Both the position numbers and the translations under genes were made by a program. A stretch of 54,067 nucleotides of DNA from Phoronis australis (taxonomy: Eukaryota > Animalia > Phoronida). The stretch is taken from positions 58,672-112,738 of the forward strand of contig NMRA01000460.1 in NCBI GenBank assembly GCA_002633005.1, given 5' to 3'. Below the pieces are notes generated by a model, which did not search any database, was not told where the DNA came from, and saw only the letters and a list, made by a program, of their open reading frames with translations. Positions 12,436 through 26,999 of this stretch are shown here, piece by piece (position 1 is the stretch's first letter; every line of letters starts with the position of its first letter).

Positions 12436-14404
12436 CTGCAAAATATAGGATGGATTGCTGAACAATACATTTATAGTAAAGCAATATCAACAACAACTTC
12501 CTGAAACCATTGCCAGGAGGTTGATGTGGTGAGCATAGAGAATTATTTATAAATTTCACTATTCAGCTTATTTGCACCTTCCTCACCTGGTTATCAGAGA
12601 CATCCTCACTAGAAATATTGAGAAGGCTCAAATTTAGAGCATGAAGCAAACAGACCAAATTCTGAGAGTTGCCTCTTCTGTGAGAACACTGCTTTTTAAG
12701 ATGGCCCTTATGATACCCAATACCCATACATTGACTACTGCCACCACCAGCCTGACATGGTGTATCTCACACGCCACCTGCTGGCAACAACTGATCACAT
12801 GAAGCCACCAATAGGTGGCATGAAAGAGACCAATACTTTCTCATACCTTTTAGAAGATCCCTCTTATCTTACGGGCTAAATACGAAACTAAAATTTGTAA
12901 CACTATCATTTCTTAGGTTTTTTAAACAAGTTCAAATCATCATACATGCCAACTCTTTTGGGATAATCAGGGTGACTGCAGTATTTCCTAAAATTCTCTC
13001 CACCTTCTAGACAGTTAGTTACCTCACATACATCAAATTCTTCCTCCATTTTATCATTTTACATCGATGCTTTCTGAGCATAATCACTTCATAAGAGGCC
13101 CAACCCTAATGCAAAAACATGGCATTTATTATCAAAGCGAACACAGTTTAGGGCAAGGAACTGGGCTTCAAATGTTAGCTTACTCTTGTGGGAAAAAATC
13201 TTCATTTATGGAATGGAAATAGTGTATTCGATTCCACAATTCAACACTCCAACCTCACCAACCAATCACGCAGTTCTAAAACATACCACACCAGTGATCA
13301 CTTCTCCAATAGTTCGCAGTTTGTTGACCAAGGGGTTTTTTACTATTGAGCAATGAGCTTGTTGAGGAAGTGTATAAGGAAAATATAACATATTTGTATC
13401 GGTGTAGTCATGCTTTTGGATAGACATTACCCACACATATCTCTAAAACATTAAAATCGATGCACAGGAACAAATGAAACGATAAAACAGATTTATGTAA
13501 ACTGTACCAGTAATTCTTCACCAAAGGTTCATCTCAGTTGCTACAAGTGTGGTTAAAGAAGTTGCTTTGTTGCTAAATTGGCTACATGTGCAGAAGTCCA
13601 GTCACTAAAGAGCACGTGCTTTCATTGAGTTGCCGCCATCATTACCACTGCTGTCCAGCGATTGGTGTTTTTTGCTTGTCCCAATTCTAACATTATGCTT
13701 TGACCTCTAACAGCTCGTGCACGCACTAACAATTCAAAGTGATGTTCTCAAGGTATAGTGGCGTACAAAGTATTGCAGAATTGACTGTAAGGGTCCTTCC
13801 GTGTACAACAAATTATCGAGTTACGTTCAAGTCACGTCTGTGTAGCAGCTATGCTGAACATAGGAGCAGACCAGACATTTGACATGGGTACACATTGTCA
13901 AGATTAGACAATGACGCTACTCATTTCAATGAGTCCTAAATGTAAGTTTATTTCAAAAACACGATTTTATAGGTTGACCTTTCCTGACAAATTTTTGAAT
14001 CGAAGATATATTGATTAAAATTTTTACATCGAAAGCACGTCTAACAGGTGATCATTCACACAGATAATTATACACACAGACCCATGAATTACACTGCCAG
14101 TCACGATTCCTCATTCAAAACCACCCAAGCAAGACAAGTGTTCTATTTAGAACGTACAAGCAACAAGCAAACTTTGGAGTGCTTATTTTGGCTATGATAT
14201 GCCCCAGTTGTTCGGGCTAATGTTTTTAAGATATTTTGTTCGGGGACAGTATTCCCACACTATCTAGCTTACTTGTCAGATAGCATTTGAAAAATGGACT
14301 TTACAAAATTCCCACGCACTTGATGAAACGAGAGCAATGTAAAGGGTTTAGATGCGCCCACTATTGCACTGCAAGCAGTGTACTTCTAGGGGTGTTTATT
14401 AGTG

Positions 14405-15115
14405 TTATTTATGGCCACTAGGTAGCAGGGAATATGTTGAACCTGTCCAAATATAGGAGGGCCTCAAAGCCTCCCTAGAAATGCATTTGCTAAATTTCAT
14501 GAAAAGACACCTAGAAACTACAAAGATACGGAGGCAAAAAGTCTATTAGGCACAGCACTGCTATGAGGCGCAGCGATTGTTGGATCTGTCCGAAAGAAAT
14601 TCATTGGAAAACAATGGCCAATTTCACAAAGATCCTGGAAGAGCTTAAGGAGATGAGCTGTGAATAGAAAAATTAAATTGGAACAAGGCAACACCAGAAC
14701 AAACATAGGCTCATTCAAAAATCAACATCAGCTGTTGTCGTCTTGGCAGGAACACATCTGCCAATTTTCATAATGAACCTTCAGGCAGTTTGACAGACAG
14801 CTGTGGACAGGAAAAATGGGCGAAAAAATAATAAAATTGGCTACCATGTAGCACAGAAGACATTGCATCTACCCAAGAATGGAAAGGTGGTGTTGTCTCC
14901 TTAATACAAACCCAAATATGCCAAATTTCATGAAAATCCATCAAGGAACTCAAGAGATACATAACCAAAGGTAAAAAAATAAAATTTCCATTAGAGGGCA
15001 TAGCAAATCAGTTTGAAACTCGAGGTCGATTGTCTTCAGTTTCATAGGACACATCTGCCAAACCACATTAAGATACTGCAAGGGATTTAGGAGATACAGC
15101 ATCAGACGCAGAATG
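14405..15115. repeat. Array of the ~140-bp Helentron-like monomers (termini not recognised)
   Basis: Repeated TGCCAAATTTCATGAAAA, GAGATAC and GCCACTAGG motifs; boundaries approximate. Confidence 0.68.
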
Positions 15116-16564
15116 CCTAGACAACAGTAGTGCCACTTCCCCCAGTTCTATGAAGATTAGATTCATACCAATATTTCAAAATGTTTAGATTGCAGAAATC
15201 CTTGTATTCAAAACTATCCAAAAATACATATGTGAGTGGCTCAATCAGGCAAAAGATAGAAAGTTGCAATTAAGGAAACTAAAGATTACATGTTAAACTT
15301 TACAAGATCGATAGTGGCCAAAGACCAGATTGGTGAATGACGAATAGAGTAAACACATGCCAATGACAATCAATTGAGAGCAAGCAAAACAAGGACATCT
15401 CTTATTGACAAATTGTTGAACGAGTATCAACACATGTTGTTTGAATATTGATTCTAATACGGAGTTCATATGTCTTACTTTTCTCTAAGTACGCAGTATT
15501 ATGTGAGTAAACATGCAACGAAATCCCTCAACTGGAGAGCAGAATTCACAGGCATTACCATAAAAAAACATCAACAACGTGAACCACCGTGGTTTTGACT
15601 TCAAACTACGGTAAGAATTAAAAAGACAATCTTTTTGAAGCTCAAGAAAGCCAAGAAAGCGGTGTTGGGTCTGATTCTTACCCATGTTTTATTTTGAAAA
15701 GCTGCGCAAAGGCACGCAAGCAAGGACAAAGATAATTTGGTAACTATAAAATCTTCGGCAAGGATAAGGAAGGTTTGAAACACCACGATTTTCCAAGCAA
15801 GGAGTAAACAAAGCAAATCCTGCATCATTTTGCTTGTCTGGAGGGGATTTTCGTTTTTGAAAAGTGAGAAACTAACGAATACCACCAGCGACTTGAGTTT
15901 CAAAAAAAACAGATCAGAATAAAAGTATAGGTTTTTGGCCTTATCCACAGGATACTTTAATTGGTGCACATTGCCAATAGCATAACATTAATGATGACAA
16001 CGCTGTCTTGTAATGTGATGTCAGTACATATACCAGATAACGTATGGTAGTCAAATGCTCAGGTGGTTAAACTTCCTTTCAGGGAAGTTGAGAAAAATAA
16101 CAGATAAGGAAATCACGTCCATCAATCAATACGTCTTGTGTTAGAACAGACACGTTTTCCTTGATGCATGCCATAAAAAACAGCACTGGTTTGTGGCGCC
16201 CTGCAGCCAAAACAAATTTAGATCCTCTTGGGGAAACTCATGCCACAAAGATTTTCCTGTGAACAACATCATGCATCACTCTGGTTTGACTGTGTCTGTA
16301 CCATAGGTACTGGCAGATGTTTTGAAAAATTACAGGCATTCATTCACAACATCACTGTAAGTCATTGAATAATGGTAAAACGGCATATTTGGTAATCGTT
16401 TTTATCTGAAATTGCCGAGATCTAATGGTACTTGAAGTCACATTGCAGACACAATCCTGGTGCACAGCTAGTACAACGGTTTTGGGGTGGGGGATTTTCC
16501 CTTCAACCACAGAATTCCCCTTTCAGAAGGCACAGACAACTGAGCAAGAGCCTTGAGTTCTTAC

Positions 16565-16628
16565 CTGTTATTGAAGTTACAAGCACAAACAGAATGCATC
16601 GTCTCCTGTACTCCACGGGAAACGTCAT
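16565..16628 (-). CDS. KIAA0319L: KIAA0319-like first coding exon (signal peptide); whole exon predicted 16565-16711
   Basis: ATG at 16628; MTFPVEYRRRCILFVLVTSIT(G), basic then hydrophobic; CAG|GTAAG donor in phase 1 matches the MANEC exon; ttttCAG acceptor at 16712-16714. Confidence 0.72.
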
Positions 16629-19600
16629 TCTTCAAAACTTTGCACCTGGTCTAGACTTTTATTGATACACATAGTTGCCGAGTCTGCCTAGGTATCATTG
16701 CACACACGCCTCTGAAAATTATAATTACATATATACGTTATAAAGTAATCCAGCAACTGGCAGAAAAAAATTATAATAAAATCTGAACATGCAATAAACT
16801 AGTTGATCTGATTCAAGCACACAAATTTGCACAATCACATCACAGGATAATGAAAAAACAATAAATCAAGTAAAACGTTTGATGAGACTTAAATGAAACC
16901 TGCATTTTCCAAGGTCAGAAAAGCATTTCCTGATGAATGTAATTTATCTGTTTTCCATAATATCTTCAAATCTGCCAGCTCGAAAATCACTACCCATCTG
17001 ACAACAAGTCTGATAAATAAAGATTACGTTTTGAAAAAGAGACGCTCAAAAATCACTCATAGGGAGTCAACTGACTTAGTTTAGCGAGATATGAAAAGGA
17101 ACAAAAATTTTTAAAAATTAATTAAACCGCACAAATTTAAACAGTTTATGGAAGAACCTGTAGGAACTCATAACACCATTGGAAATTTTTGTCAACAGAC
17201 TCAAGAAGGAAATCCTTAAAGTGGTACTTAAACCATGTTTGGTGTAAAAAAGTGAAGTTTTCATTTAGGCCACTTATCCTTATTAACTTGGTCTTGTTCC
17301 TTACTCAGTTTAGAAGAAATCTCTAGGCTCCAAAAGAACTGACAGCTTGTTATTTCTTCAAAATAAACTCCTAAAATTTCAGATCACCTTGTAACCTTAA
17401 GTTCACAAGCTTGGGCTGAAGAAATAGCACACTGTCAATTTTTTTCCAAGCACAGAAATCACACCAACTTTGACTAAGAAACAATTTCAGACCAATTTCA
17501 TGCCGGTATGTTGTCTAAACCAAACCTAGAAAGTACAAGATAAAGGCAGCTTTAACTAACACGGCAGCTGTCATGAAGTTGTGTACAAGTATCACCAAAT
17601 CCAACAGCAATAACTCTCTGTGAAGCAGCAGGTAGGATGAGAAAACTGTTCAGACATGCAGAGAATATTGAAAATGAACATGGGTGTGCTTAATATATAT
17701 ATCAAACTGTAGGCACATGAAATGGAACACTTGCACTGTAATGCTATTAATAAAAACACATCGCGGCATAAAGCATTTTATCGTACATACATAGATGGTA
17801 TGGTCATGTAATACCTATCATCCAACAGTGAACTACAGAAAAAGAATGTTTCCATGTGTCACATGTGAAGTAACTATTCCCCATTAAAACTAAGGCAATA
17901 TGACTAGGAATTACAGCAATTATTTCACAACAATATGTACACTGGCAAGCTGAATCTCCAGGGGACTGTCATCTCTACATGGTGTCACTTGTCACAAAAC
18001 ACAAAATGAAATTCTGAACAACAGTAATACAGTAACCACAAAGAAATAAACTAGTAAACAAGTACACCAAAATCCTGTGCTCCTATATTAACTAAACATT
18101 GGTGAAAGTTGGGATGAAAACTTGCCACAACTTGAAAAATTAATGTTTTAAACAAATGACTACTGCCCGGAGAGCGGAGTATTTAGAGAACAGTGCATTT
18201 AAAGCATAGTGTCTGAAAGATTCATGTAAATCCGATTCACCATATTTTTGAGATATGGTGTTCCGAACATAGCCAAATTTGGATATTTTTATAGTCTTGC
18301 ATAACTATAAAAACATGAGAATGAGCCGGCACCTCAACACACAGGCAACGGCAAATTTTCTAAAGTCCTACATAACGGCAATTGATAAAACCGATGTGCT
18401 AAAAAGATGTCAAGCAACTTTATCACAAATGCAATCTATAGCCTACTTCACAATAGATACAGTAGTAAGAAAATGCCCGCAGTTGAATTTTATCTCTATC
18501 CTTGGTCAGAGAAGCAGACATGTTGTTCCTTTTTCAACCATGTTCTACTGTAGTAATTTTGAATAATAATGACTGTGAGTCTACAGTCAACTAGGCTATA
18601 AGTATTGCTCTTTCAAGAAATTTGTTGAACTTTTAAGACATAAACATCACTGATTAGATCAAACTGAGATCACAAACTTCAAACAGGAGTAAATCACATT
18701 AACAGTGGTGAATCTCTACTTTGAAACAATCAATGAACTCCAGTCTGCCATTCTTTTATCATGCCATCAGAGATCTGCATGGAGGTAACATAATGAGATA
18801 GGATGACACACACAGACAAAAAACAAGAAATGGTGTTCTGACCGACAGTTGGAAAAATTAGTACTAATTTACTGAGAACCTTGAATACAAAATGGGAATT
18901 TCTCATAAAACTTCAAACTTTTTACAAACTGCTCATGTGCTTCAAAGAATCATGGCGTTTTTTAAAAAATTGTGGTCAACACTAGCTTAGTTCAAAATGC
19001 CCTTGGTTTTCCAGCACTTCTGAACGGCTAATCAGAAGTTCACTATGGGCAAATGATCAAAAACATGGCCCAACCAGGCCAGTACCTAAAAACATGCAAA
19101 GTTTTCCACACAAAAAACATGAACCAGAACAATGGCTTTAAATATCTCCCATAAGATGGCATAATGCTATCTACTGTATCACATTTTTGTAGTTTTCTTG
19201 GAAAGCAACGATGAAGTTACATTGGTGGGAAAAAACTTCTTTTGATGTTTGCTTCAATGATGTGTATACTCGTGCTCTCGAGCTTGTATGTAAAAACATT
19301 ATCGACAGATTATTTAGTGTAGTCTTTCATCAATAAACCAGCATGCTAAACACCCACACAGGCCAATAAGATACCTGCAAGGATGTGTCATAGCCAGCAA
19401 CAGCAAACTAAGGAATTGTAGTAACCAAACAATGGAACTTTTAGAGCATCTAGGGAGTGCATAGTTAGGGTTGTAGTAAGGGTGAAATTACAATCTTGAT
19501 AGCAATACACATGATCTCTGTCTCAATACTTCTATCAAAAACTAGATTCGGAAATGTCAACTGGATGGATGTCCCCTTCTTGGCCCAAGACTGAATCACC

Positions 19601-22600
19601 ACCACACACCACTCTATAGATGTAAACCATTAATTAAGATCTTGGACATTCAATTGGTCCTCATTTCTCTGAATACAAATTAATTGACCAATAACAAACC
19701 CCTCAACAGGATAGTAATAATCATACCCTAGCTTCTTAAGGGCAGTTGGGAAGAGCTCTAACAAAATTTGTATGCACGGCATTTTGCCGCAGGGAAAAAA
19801 GACAATACTTGAAAATTGTTATTATAATTATACATTGTGTGGTTCATGAGGACAGAAATCTTTTCGAAATAAGAAGAGAACTACAGTGTATGAGAAAAAA
19901 TAATATTACTCATGACAAAAGAATTGGATTCACAATGACAGACCAAGAGACTAAGGTGTTCCATGATGGAGATACCTTAAACAGTAAATATTCTAAAATC
20001 TGTGCAATTGGTTCTTCAATGTTGCACCACAAGGTTTCAATTCATGGACATAGACGCTAGACGAAGAGTAGAGGACAAGCATTGTTGAAAAGTTGATCTA
20101 TCATGTGCTGAACATGTCACGCAAGTCATTCTTGTCAGATGAAGAATTGATATCTTGTGACTGAGATAACACTTGAGGTCAAAAGTTACTTGGACTCTTC
20201 AGGTTAAAATATCACGGGTAGAACAGTGTTGCAAAAGTACAGACATTAAAACATGACCTTAAGTAACTCAGATAAGTGGACAATCATTTGGTTGTGGAAA
20301 CTGCTACAAATCTATAGCACCTGAAATCTAGCATCTTGAGTCCAAAATGCACATTTTCTCCACCAGTGAATTTTTGCATTTCTAAAACAAGCTCATCACA
20401 TGGTGACCCTTTGTTTGGTTTGAAATTGGTTATATTATATCACCTGGATAGAAATACGATGAACATTTAAATCACCCACAATCCAACCTTCAGAATCAAC
20501 AAGATTCAATTTCGATTTGCATTCCCATGTCCCAAATTTAAGAAACTGCCTCAAACTGGCGATATTTTATTGCAAGTCATACAAGTCAGAAGTGATGGGG
20601 AGCCACATAATTGGCACATCTCCCAACAGCGTGGGATCATAACACATGGTAGAGGAGCTAAAATAATGTCAAACAACCACAGTGTGTGTTTCAGGAACGG
20701 GGTCGGATTGAAGAGTACTTGCAGTGTTGGGAAGGAATAAAAGTACCAGAGTACGGGAAAGCTTGTCGTATGGGATAACTTCATACATAGAATTAAAAGG
20801 ATATTCTCGGTGAGAAAAGTAATTTTACAGAAATTAGCAGCAATGTGAATTCAAACCTACTACTGGGTAGTTGTGCAGTAACAGCCCAATGCTCTGCCAG
20901 TGAGCTAAATCCCACGTATTAAATAACAAAGTAACATTTTAAGTCTATCTCATTGGCATAAACAATGACCTTGATTTCAGCGAATGTCTGGAAGACAATG
21001 CCAACGGCGAGAACTGGCGATTTGTAAAAAGATCACAAAAACACAACTAACTTTGTTGTTTTATACCTTTGGTCAAAAGTAATAACTTCAAGAAGAAAGT
21101 ATATTTTTCAACCATAACATTGACAATGGCCCTTTAAGTCACATACACAGTAGTGCACACGACAAAACAGTTTTAACCAGGAGGATCCTAATGAATTCTG
21201 GCACAAAGGATCTCAAGTAATGCCAGAACAAATCATACTACATCAGGAAGCATTAACCTCAAAGTCAATACCAATCACGAATATCAGCACTTCTTGATCC
21301 CAACTTTTGCTTCGTAGCTTTCAGACTTAAACCAGTCAAACCTCTCTGCTGGCACAAGTTTAAATATTAACAGGGAGTTACAGTTGCATTGCTTGCTCTA
21401 TATGAGCGATGACGTCAGCAACATATAATCACGTTTAGGCTTTATAGACAGTACCACAGTCTCAACTGACCCCAGTAGAGACCGTAGTCATCCGATAGGT
21501 CGACCATACCCCGCAAGCTTTTTGATGAATTATGCCTCACACTAATTAAGCCATCAAAGTCACGGTGCTACACCTTTAGCGCATAGAGGGGACACCTCAG
21601 GAGGCTACTGATTTCTTTAACTCTTCCAAGCTTGAACAAATACTCCCACAATCGAGCTTCTTTGAACAATCCTTCGTTCAGTTGCCCAAATCGACAACTG
21701 GTCATTTTTACATTGCAAGCGCCAGGGGTAACGTCTAGTTTGAGCTATAAGTGGGTGTAAACAGGCATTTGCTCCTGATGATAATTTCTAAAAGAATAGT
21801 ATCTAAAGCAGGTAAATGCACTTAATGTACCTTGTACCTATGGGTGCATGTGCACTTATGATTTTGTCATGGTGGTCCCTTGATTGGAATGAACTAGACA
21901 TGGGGGATTGTAATGCGTGTGCAAAGAAAGAATCCCAAACCCAGGAACAAAGCTGTGTCGATTATGAATATGTTAACTGTAAATAATCAGCCAATGATTT
22001 TCTAGATCTTCATTAAATGATCTCGTCATTACCGTTACTTACAAATAAAAAACATTTCTAACTGTACTGTTTTGATTTGGTGTTGATGAAAAGTGAATCT
22101 GGGTTATAAATGGAGACAAGTTATGCCACTAAATGGGTATTGGAAGTGTTTATTTGTTATCAACTCAAATGCAGAAAAAAAACCTGACAAACTGCAGCAT
22201 ATACGACAACAGGACTGCTCAGAATGAACACACTACCATCCCGATCTAATGTAGCTTTTGACTTACACACATTTTTTTAAAGAGGGCAGCCACCCAAATG
22301 TTAGCCAGAGACCAATTATAACTTTTACAAAAAAAAATAAAATACTGGTCCTTTCCCAGTGTAACACTTAGCAGTGTGATCTAAAAACCTTTCCTTATAT
22401 GATACTTCACGGTCTGATCTTGAACACTAATGCAAAAAATGATGCTACATAGGGTTACTTTTGACGAAAGTCATACGGAAAGCCGAAAACTCCTAGAAAA
22501 TTTTAACTAAAGGAGAATCATTGATGTCTATGATTGAACTGTCCTAGGGCTAGGAGCTAGCACAAACAGACAGTGGCTGCAAATTTCAAATCCTTTTAAC

Positions 22601-22790
22601 AGGGCCAGTTTCAAGAAAAGTGAGTTAAAAGTTAAGACAGAAATTAGAAATTTGGGATTTGATGGTTTACTTCCCGGCTGAGGAAAAGTATGTAGAGGAA
22701 TTTAACAGTTTAATTAATTTACAACACATCAGTCATCAAAACACATGACACAAAACGTGCTTGAAAATGAACATGAATCTCTTTACCAAC

Positions 22791-23306
22791 CTCAATTTCT
22801 TCTCAGATAAGATCTTCCACGATGCTCTTAAAGACAACTCAAGGGAGGGTCAACAAGGAAATCAAGATCAACTCCAATCAAACCAACAACAAAAACAACT
22901 AAACGAACGGAATCTGATAACCAGATAACCGTAACGCACAATACACAGGCCCCCATAGGAATTTCAACGGCGCTGCGTCAAATAACAGCAGGGACTGACA
23001 AGACAAGACAAACTTTGGAAAATACTTACATAGATGTACAATATTATTAAAGAAACTTGATTCTTTTTGTTGGCAAAATAAAATAATTTACATCTTGACG
23101 TTCGCTCTTGATTACAAGTCATGTACATGTGAAGTACGTCATCAGTACGTGCGAACTTGATGCTGGACCTAAAGTACACATTTCCGGTTTCTGACGGCCT
23201 TTGGATGTGGATTAATACTTGTAGAATCCCGATTATACAAGAGAAAAGGACTGCAGCGTTTACCTTTTGTTATAGAAAATTAGTTAGTTTGCAACTACCT
23301 TTCAAT
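22791..23306. promoter_or_regulatory. Probable bidirectional promoter / 5' UTR region of KIAA0319-like and PTRHD1
   Basis: Divergent gene arrangement; local CpG retention; ETS-like TTTCCGGT at 23181-23188; CRE half-sites at 22976, 23096, 23137; candidate minus-strand donor GAG|GTTGGT at 22791/22790 for a non-coding first exon. Start sites are inferred. Confidence 0.45.
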
Positions 23307-23534
23307 ATGAGTCAAGCTGATCAGGATAACTCAATCTCTGGATCGCAGGACAGTCCCCTTGTGCAATACATTCTTGTGCGTTGCGATTTGCAGGAGACGA
23401 TGAAGTGGCCCGCAGGCGCCGTTATTGCGCAAGCGTGTCATGCTTGTACCGCAGCTATTCATTTAAATTATACGGATGAAGACACCAAGAAATACTTGGA
23501 TGATGTTGAGCGAATGCACAAAGTGGTTTTACAG
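23307..23534 (+). CDS. PTRHD1: PTRHD1 (PTH2-family putative peptidyl-tRNA hydrolase), coding exon 1
   Basis: MSQADQ...LVQYILVRCDL...WPAGAVIAQACHACTAAIHL...MHKVVLQ, 76 codons; ends at CAG|GCAAGT (GC donor), phase 0. Confidence 0.93.
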
Positions 23535-26500
23535 GCAAGTTGTCTCTGAAACACTCTACTCTAGACTAATTACAACAATATGTCGGCTTCTACTGTTGAA
23601 TCCAACTTGTTTGGCTGTATGTATAGCACAAGTTGGGCTGACTGCTGTAGCCAATATCGTACACGACTGATGGAGTCCATTATGGCATTTAGGGTTGGAG
23701 GATCAGCTCTCTTTTGTTCGAAAATTTCTCTACTAATAATCTCCGATAAGATCGACCTGACTGGGCTGTGCTGTTAAAAATAAAAGTTAAGGTATAAAAT
23801 GTTTGAACATAAACCAATGACATATCTGAAGTCCTCATCAAATGCTGATCATACTTAAAGTTTTTGAATCACCAAAATCGCCCAACTACAACTGAAATTA
23901 AGGCATGAATTCTGTCTGAACCTACCAACACAAGTGGGTTTGACTGTGTTCACCTGTTGCTGGTAATAAGGCTTTGGCCTGCATGTTGTCATACCAGACA
24001 AAAGACTGTGCTCTGCAATTTACAAAGGAGCTATATGTTATCGCACTGTCACAACCACTCTATGTGTGGTAAAGTCACTGAACTGGAAAATGCCCTGCTG
24101 AAATGTGAATAGTTGATTGGGAGGCATTTCTAGAACTATCCAATATTCATTTTGCTCACGCTCAGTGTTTTTTCATCCAAAAAGCTCTAAGGTGTTCATT
24201 TGGAAAAAACATGGTGTGGCGCAAATCTGCTTACTCCTGATTTTTGTAGTAGTTTTGAATGCCAATTTGTGTTTTATCAATTCTCATGAAAATTTTAAGC
24301 ATATTCCATGGCTGAGGCACCTTGTCTCAGGTTTTTATTTTCTTTTTAGGAATGGTGATGTCATCTTCCAAAATTGACTATTTGAAACCGTTATTGAAGA
24401 GGGTCTTTAATGGCTGTTTTGTGAGTCTTTGTTGTTAGCAGATGAATAAAAAATCGGAGATACACTTCGCTGCCTACAGTAAGCATATAGTCCAAATACC
24501 AAGTTGCCTTTAGTTAGGCATTTTTAGAAATGTGTGGTCTAGGCAAAAATGAGGCTATTTTCACAAAAATAACAGTTATGTGTTAGTTGATGATAAAGCG
24601 ATATTTCACGTCATGAATTGAAATTTTTCAATCATCAAGGATGGGTTGAAAAGGGAAGTTGAAAATTCTTTGACACGTGTGAAAGGACTTCAGGAATTAC
24701 AAAGCTGACTGTGTAACTCAAGAAGACCATTGCATTCCTTAGTGTCAGTCAAGGGTGGGTAACCCAGGGCCCCTGTACTACATCTGACCTGTCCAACAAT
24801 TTTGTGCTGGTTTTAACCTCATGTTAACAAGCTATGTCGGCCAGCATAAATTTTGTACTTTAAATATTAGTATCAAATTTGCTATCTATGCAAGTAAAAC
24901 ATTTGAGGTGGAACAAATTGGTGACACTGGCAATGAAGTACAATAAAAAGTATTTACTGACTTTGGTAGATATACTAGAAAAGGCATTGTTTATAATCAT
25001 GAGCTTGTCATGCGATCTATCATGTGATGACTTGAAAAAAATCTAGAGATTTATATCGAATGGTTTATTTAACATGTCTGAAGATGTAATTTTATCATAA
25101 GAATTTCAAAATGTATTCTCTCGATGATGGTCTTATAATGTGGCTTCAATATTTCAAAATGTTTGAAATTTGATTCCTAACATGTAACTTGATTTTTGAA
25201 TTTTCGTTGCTGCACCAATAAAATGATCACCAGTGTTGAAGAAGATTGAACTTCATTTTTTATGGATTTGAAAAAAAATTAGAAATGCGCCTAACCTATA
25301 TGTAAAGGACTTGTGAACAAAAATATCTGAACAAAATGTTTTTGTTTTAGTGTGACTGAATTCAAGCGACACATTCTGTGTTCTGAAGTTATGAAAGTGA
25401 ACACAATGCGAAGAGCAGTTCTGAATTCCAACTGCAATTTTCTTTTTTGTGAACTATGGTGCCAATAGCCAAGAATGTTGCCAACCAATGGGCTACATAG
25501 TTCCACTGAACTATGAATTTTTTTTTTGACAATTTCTCCATGGCTAAGCAAAGGAAATTTTTCCCTATGTCCTGGTTTTAATGCTTACAGAGAAGTACGT
25601 CTGGTCATGGCCGTGTATGACGGTATGGATGACTATTAGAAGCTGTTTAAAGACACTCTTTCATTTACTTCCACCAATTTGGAAGACGGAAAGAATTTTA
25701 TAAATCAAGAGGTGTCACTAAAATAGGAAGATTTCATGCATTAAAGTCTTCAGTAATTAACATTTTGTTTTACTGGCAACTCGTAAAAAGCGTAATTGAT
25801 GCCATTCATCTGTGGCAGCCATTTTGTTTGTCTGCCACCAGAAATTCAAAAGTTATTTTGAAAATTCCTTAATAGATTTTGTTTTTTGAATGCATTTGAT
25901 TATGTGTTAAAAGAGTACCTTTTAGGATTATGTTTTTCTTGTGTGGCCTGTGGTTAGATGCATCAAGTTTTGACTTTGGTAGGTTTCATCTGTGCCTCTG
26001 CTGATATTTTTCATCACAGATATTACATGGTGATATGTAAACAGTGTGGCAACACTTGTCATCCACATGCACGAGAATTGAGGGCATGGGTCCACTGCAA
26101 CAAACTTTTTGGTGCGAGTGCGACGAAGCAACCATCATAGAAAAAAAGATTGAAAGTGAGCTTCAAAATGCACTAGACTTCTAGAACAGGGGCTTGTTTC
26201 TTGAGAAGTGACTTGGACAGAATTTGAACTTACGCTCCGCACTCTAGTAATTTCTGAAAATTAATGAAATCTCACTTGAGCAAAGTTGCAAAACCTCTGG
26301 GAACATGCACATAACGCTTAGATACTGTAGTGTAACTGAAATTATAAAATTATCTCTTGATTGTGCAGAGCTCATAATTACTTGGCTAAACTTTGTAATT
26401 GGAGGGTACCAGATTACACAACGACACTTGAATCTTGTTGTATTTACCCAGCAATAATGCGATATCAGTCAACCAGTTTTCTAGCCTCATTTTTATACCA

Positions 26501-26999
26501 TTGAAGTATTTCTGCAGGTTATTTGTTGGTGCCTTGCTCTTTTCAAGTTTTTCTGCATGAACTCTATTTGACCTTCTAGCGTCAGCAAAATTTTACTGCT
26601 GTGCTGTTGGATGCAACTCCAAAGGCAGACGTTGGATACACTTGAGAAGTAGTGTGGATGAGATATTTTCTGACATGATTCCTAGAATCAGCCCAACATT
26701 TGTAAAACGAGGCCAATATAACCACGTTTTCCTACCTCCAGGACAAAGGAGATTTATATTTGGGACAGTCCTCTTACAAACTGAGAGCATATGACCCAGT
26801 TTCTTTGTTGTTGTCTTAAACAAAGTTTCATGAAATTGACTCCAGTTTACTTGATGAGTGACAATGTTCTTCATCTAATGTTGAGCATACTGTTCTTGAA
26901 CATTCTACCTCCATGGGGTGTTGAATGTTTAATTCCTGTCTGTCTTACTCAGACCATTTGATCAAACTTAACTTGACAATGTGCATATTCTTGTTTTAG

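Noticed and set aside
23157-23306. N-terminal extension of PTRHD1 in the ORF track
   Set aside because: No family resemblance upstream of Met 23307; the 132-aa product fits the family, and the region looks like promoter or UTR.
25646-25924. Second small Kolobok-like MITE
   Set aside because: Terminal match is imperfect and the right TTAA is absent; insufficient support.
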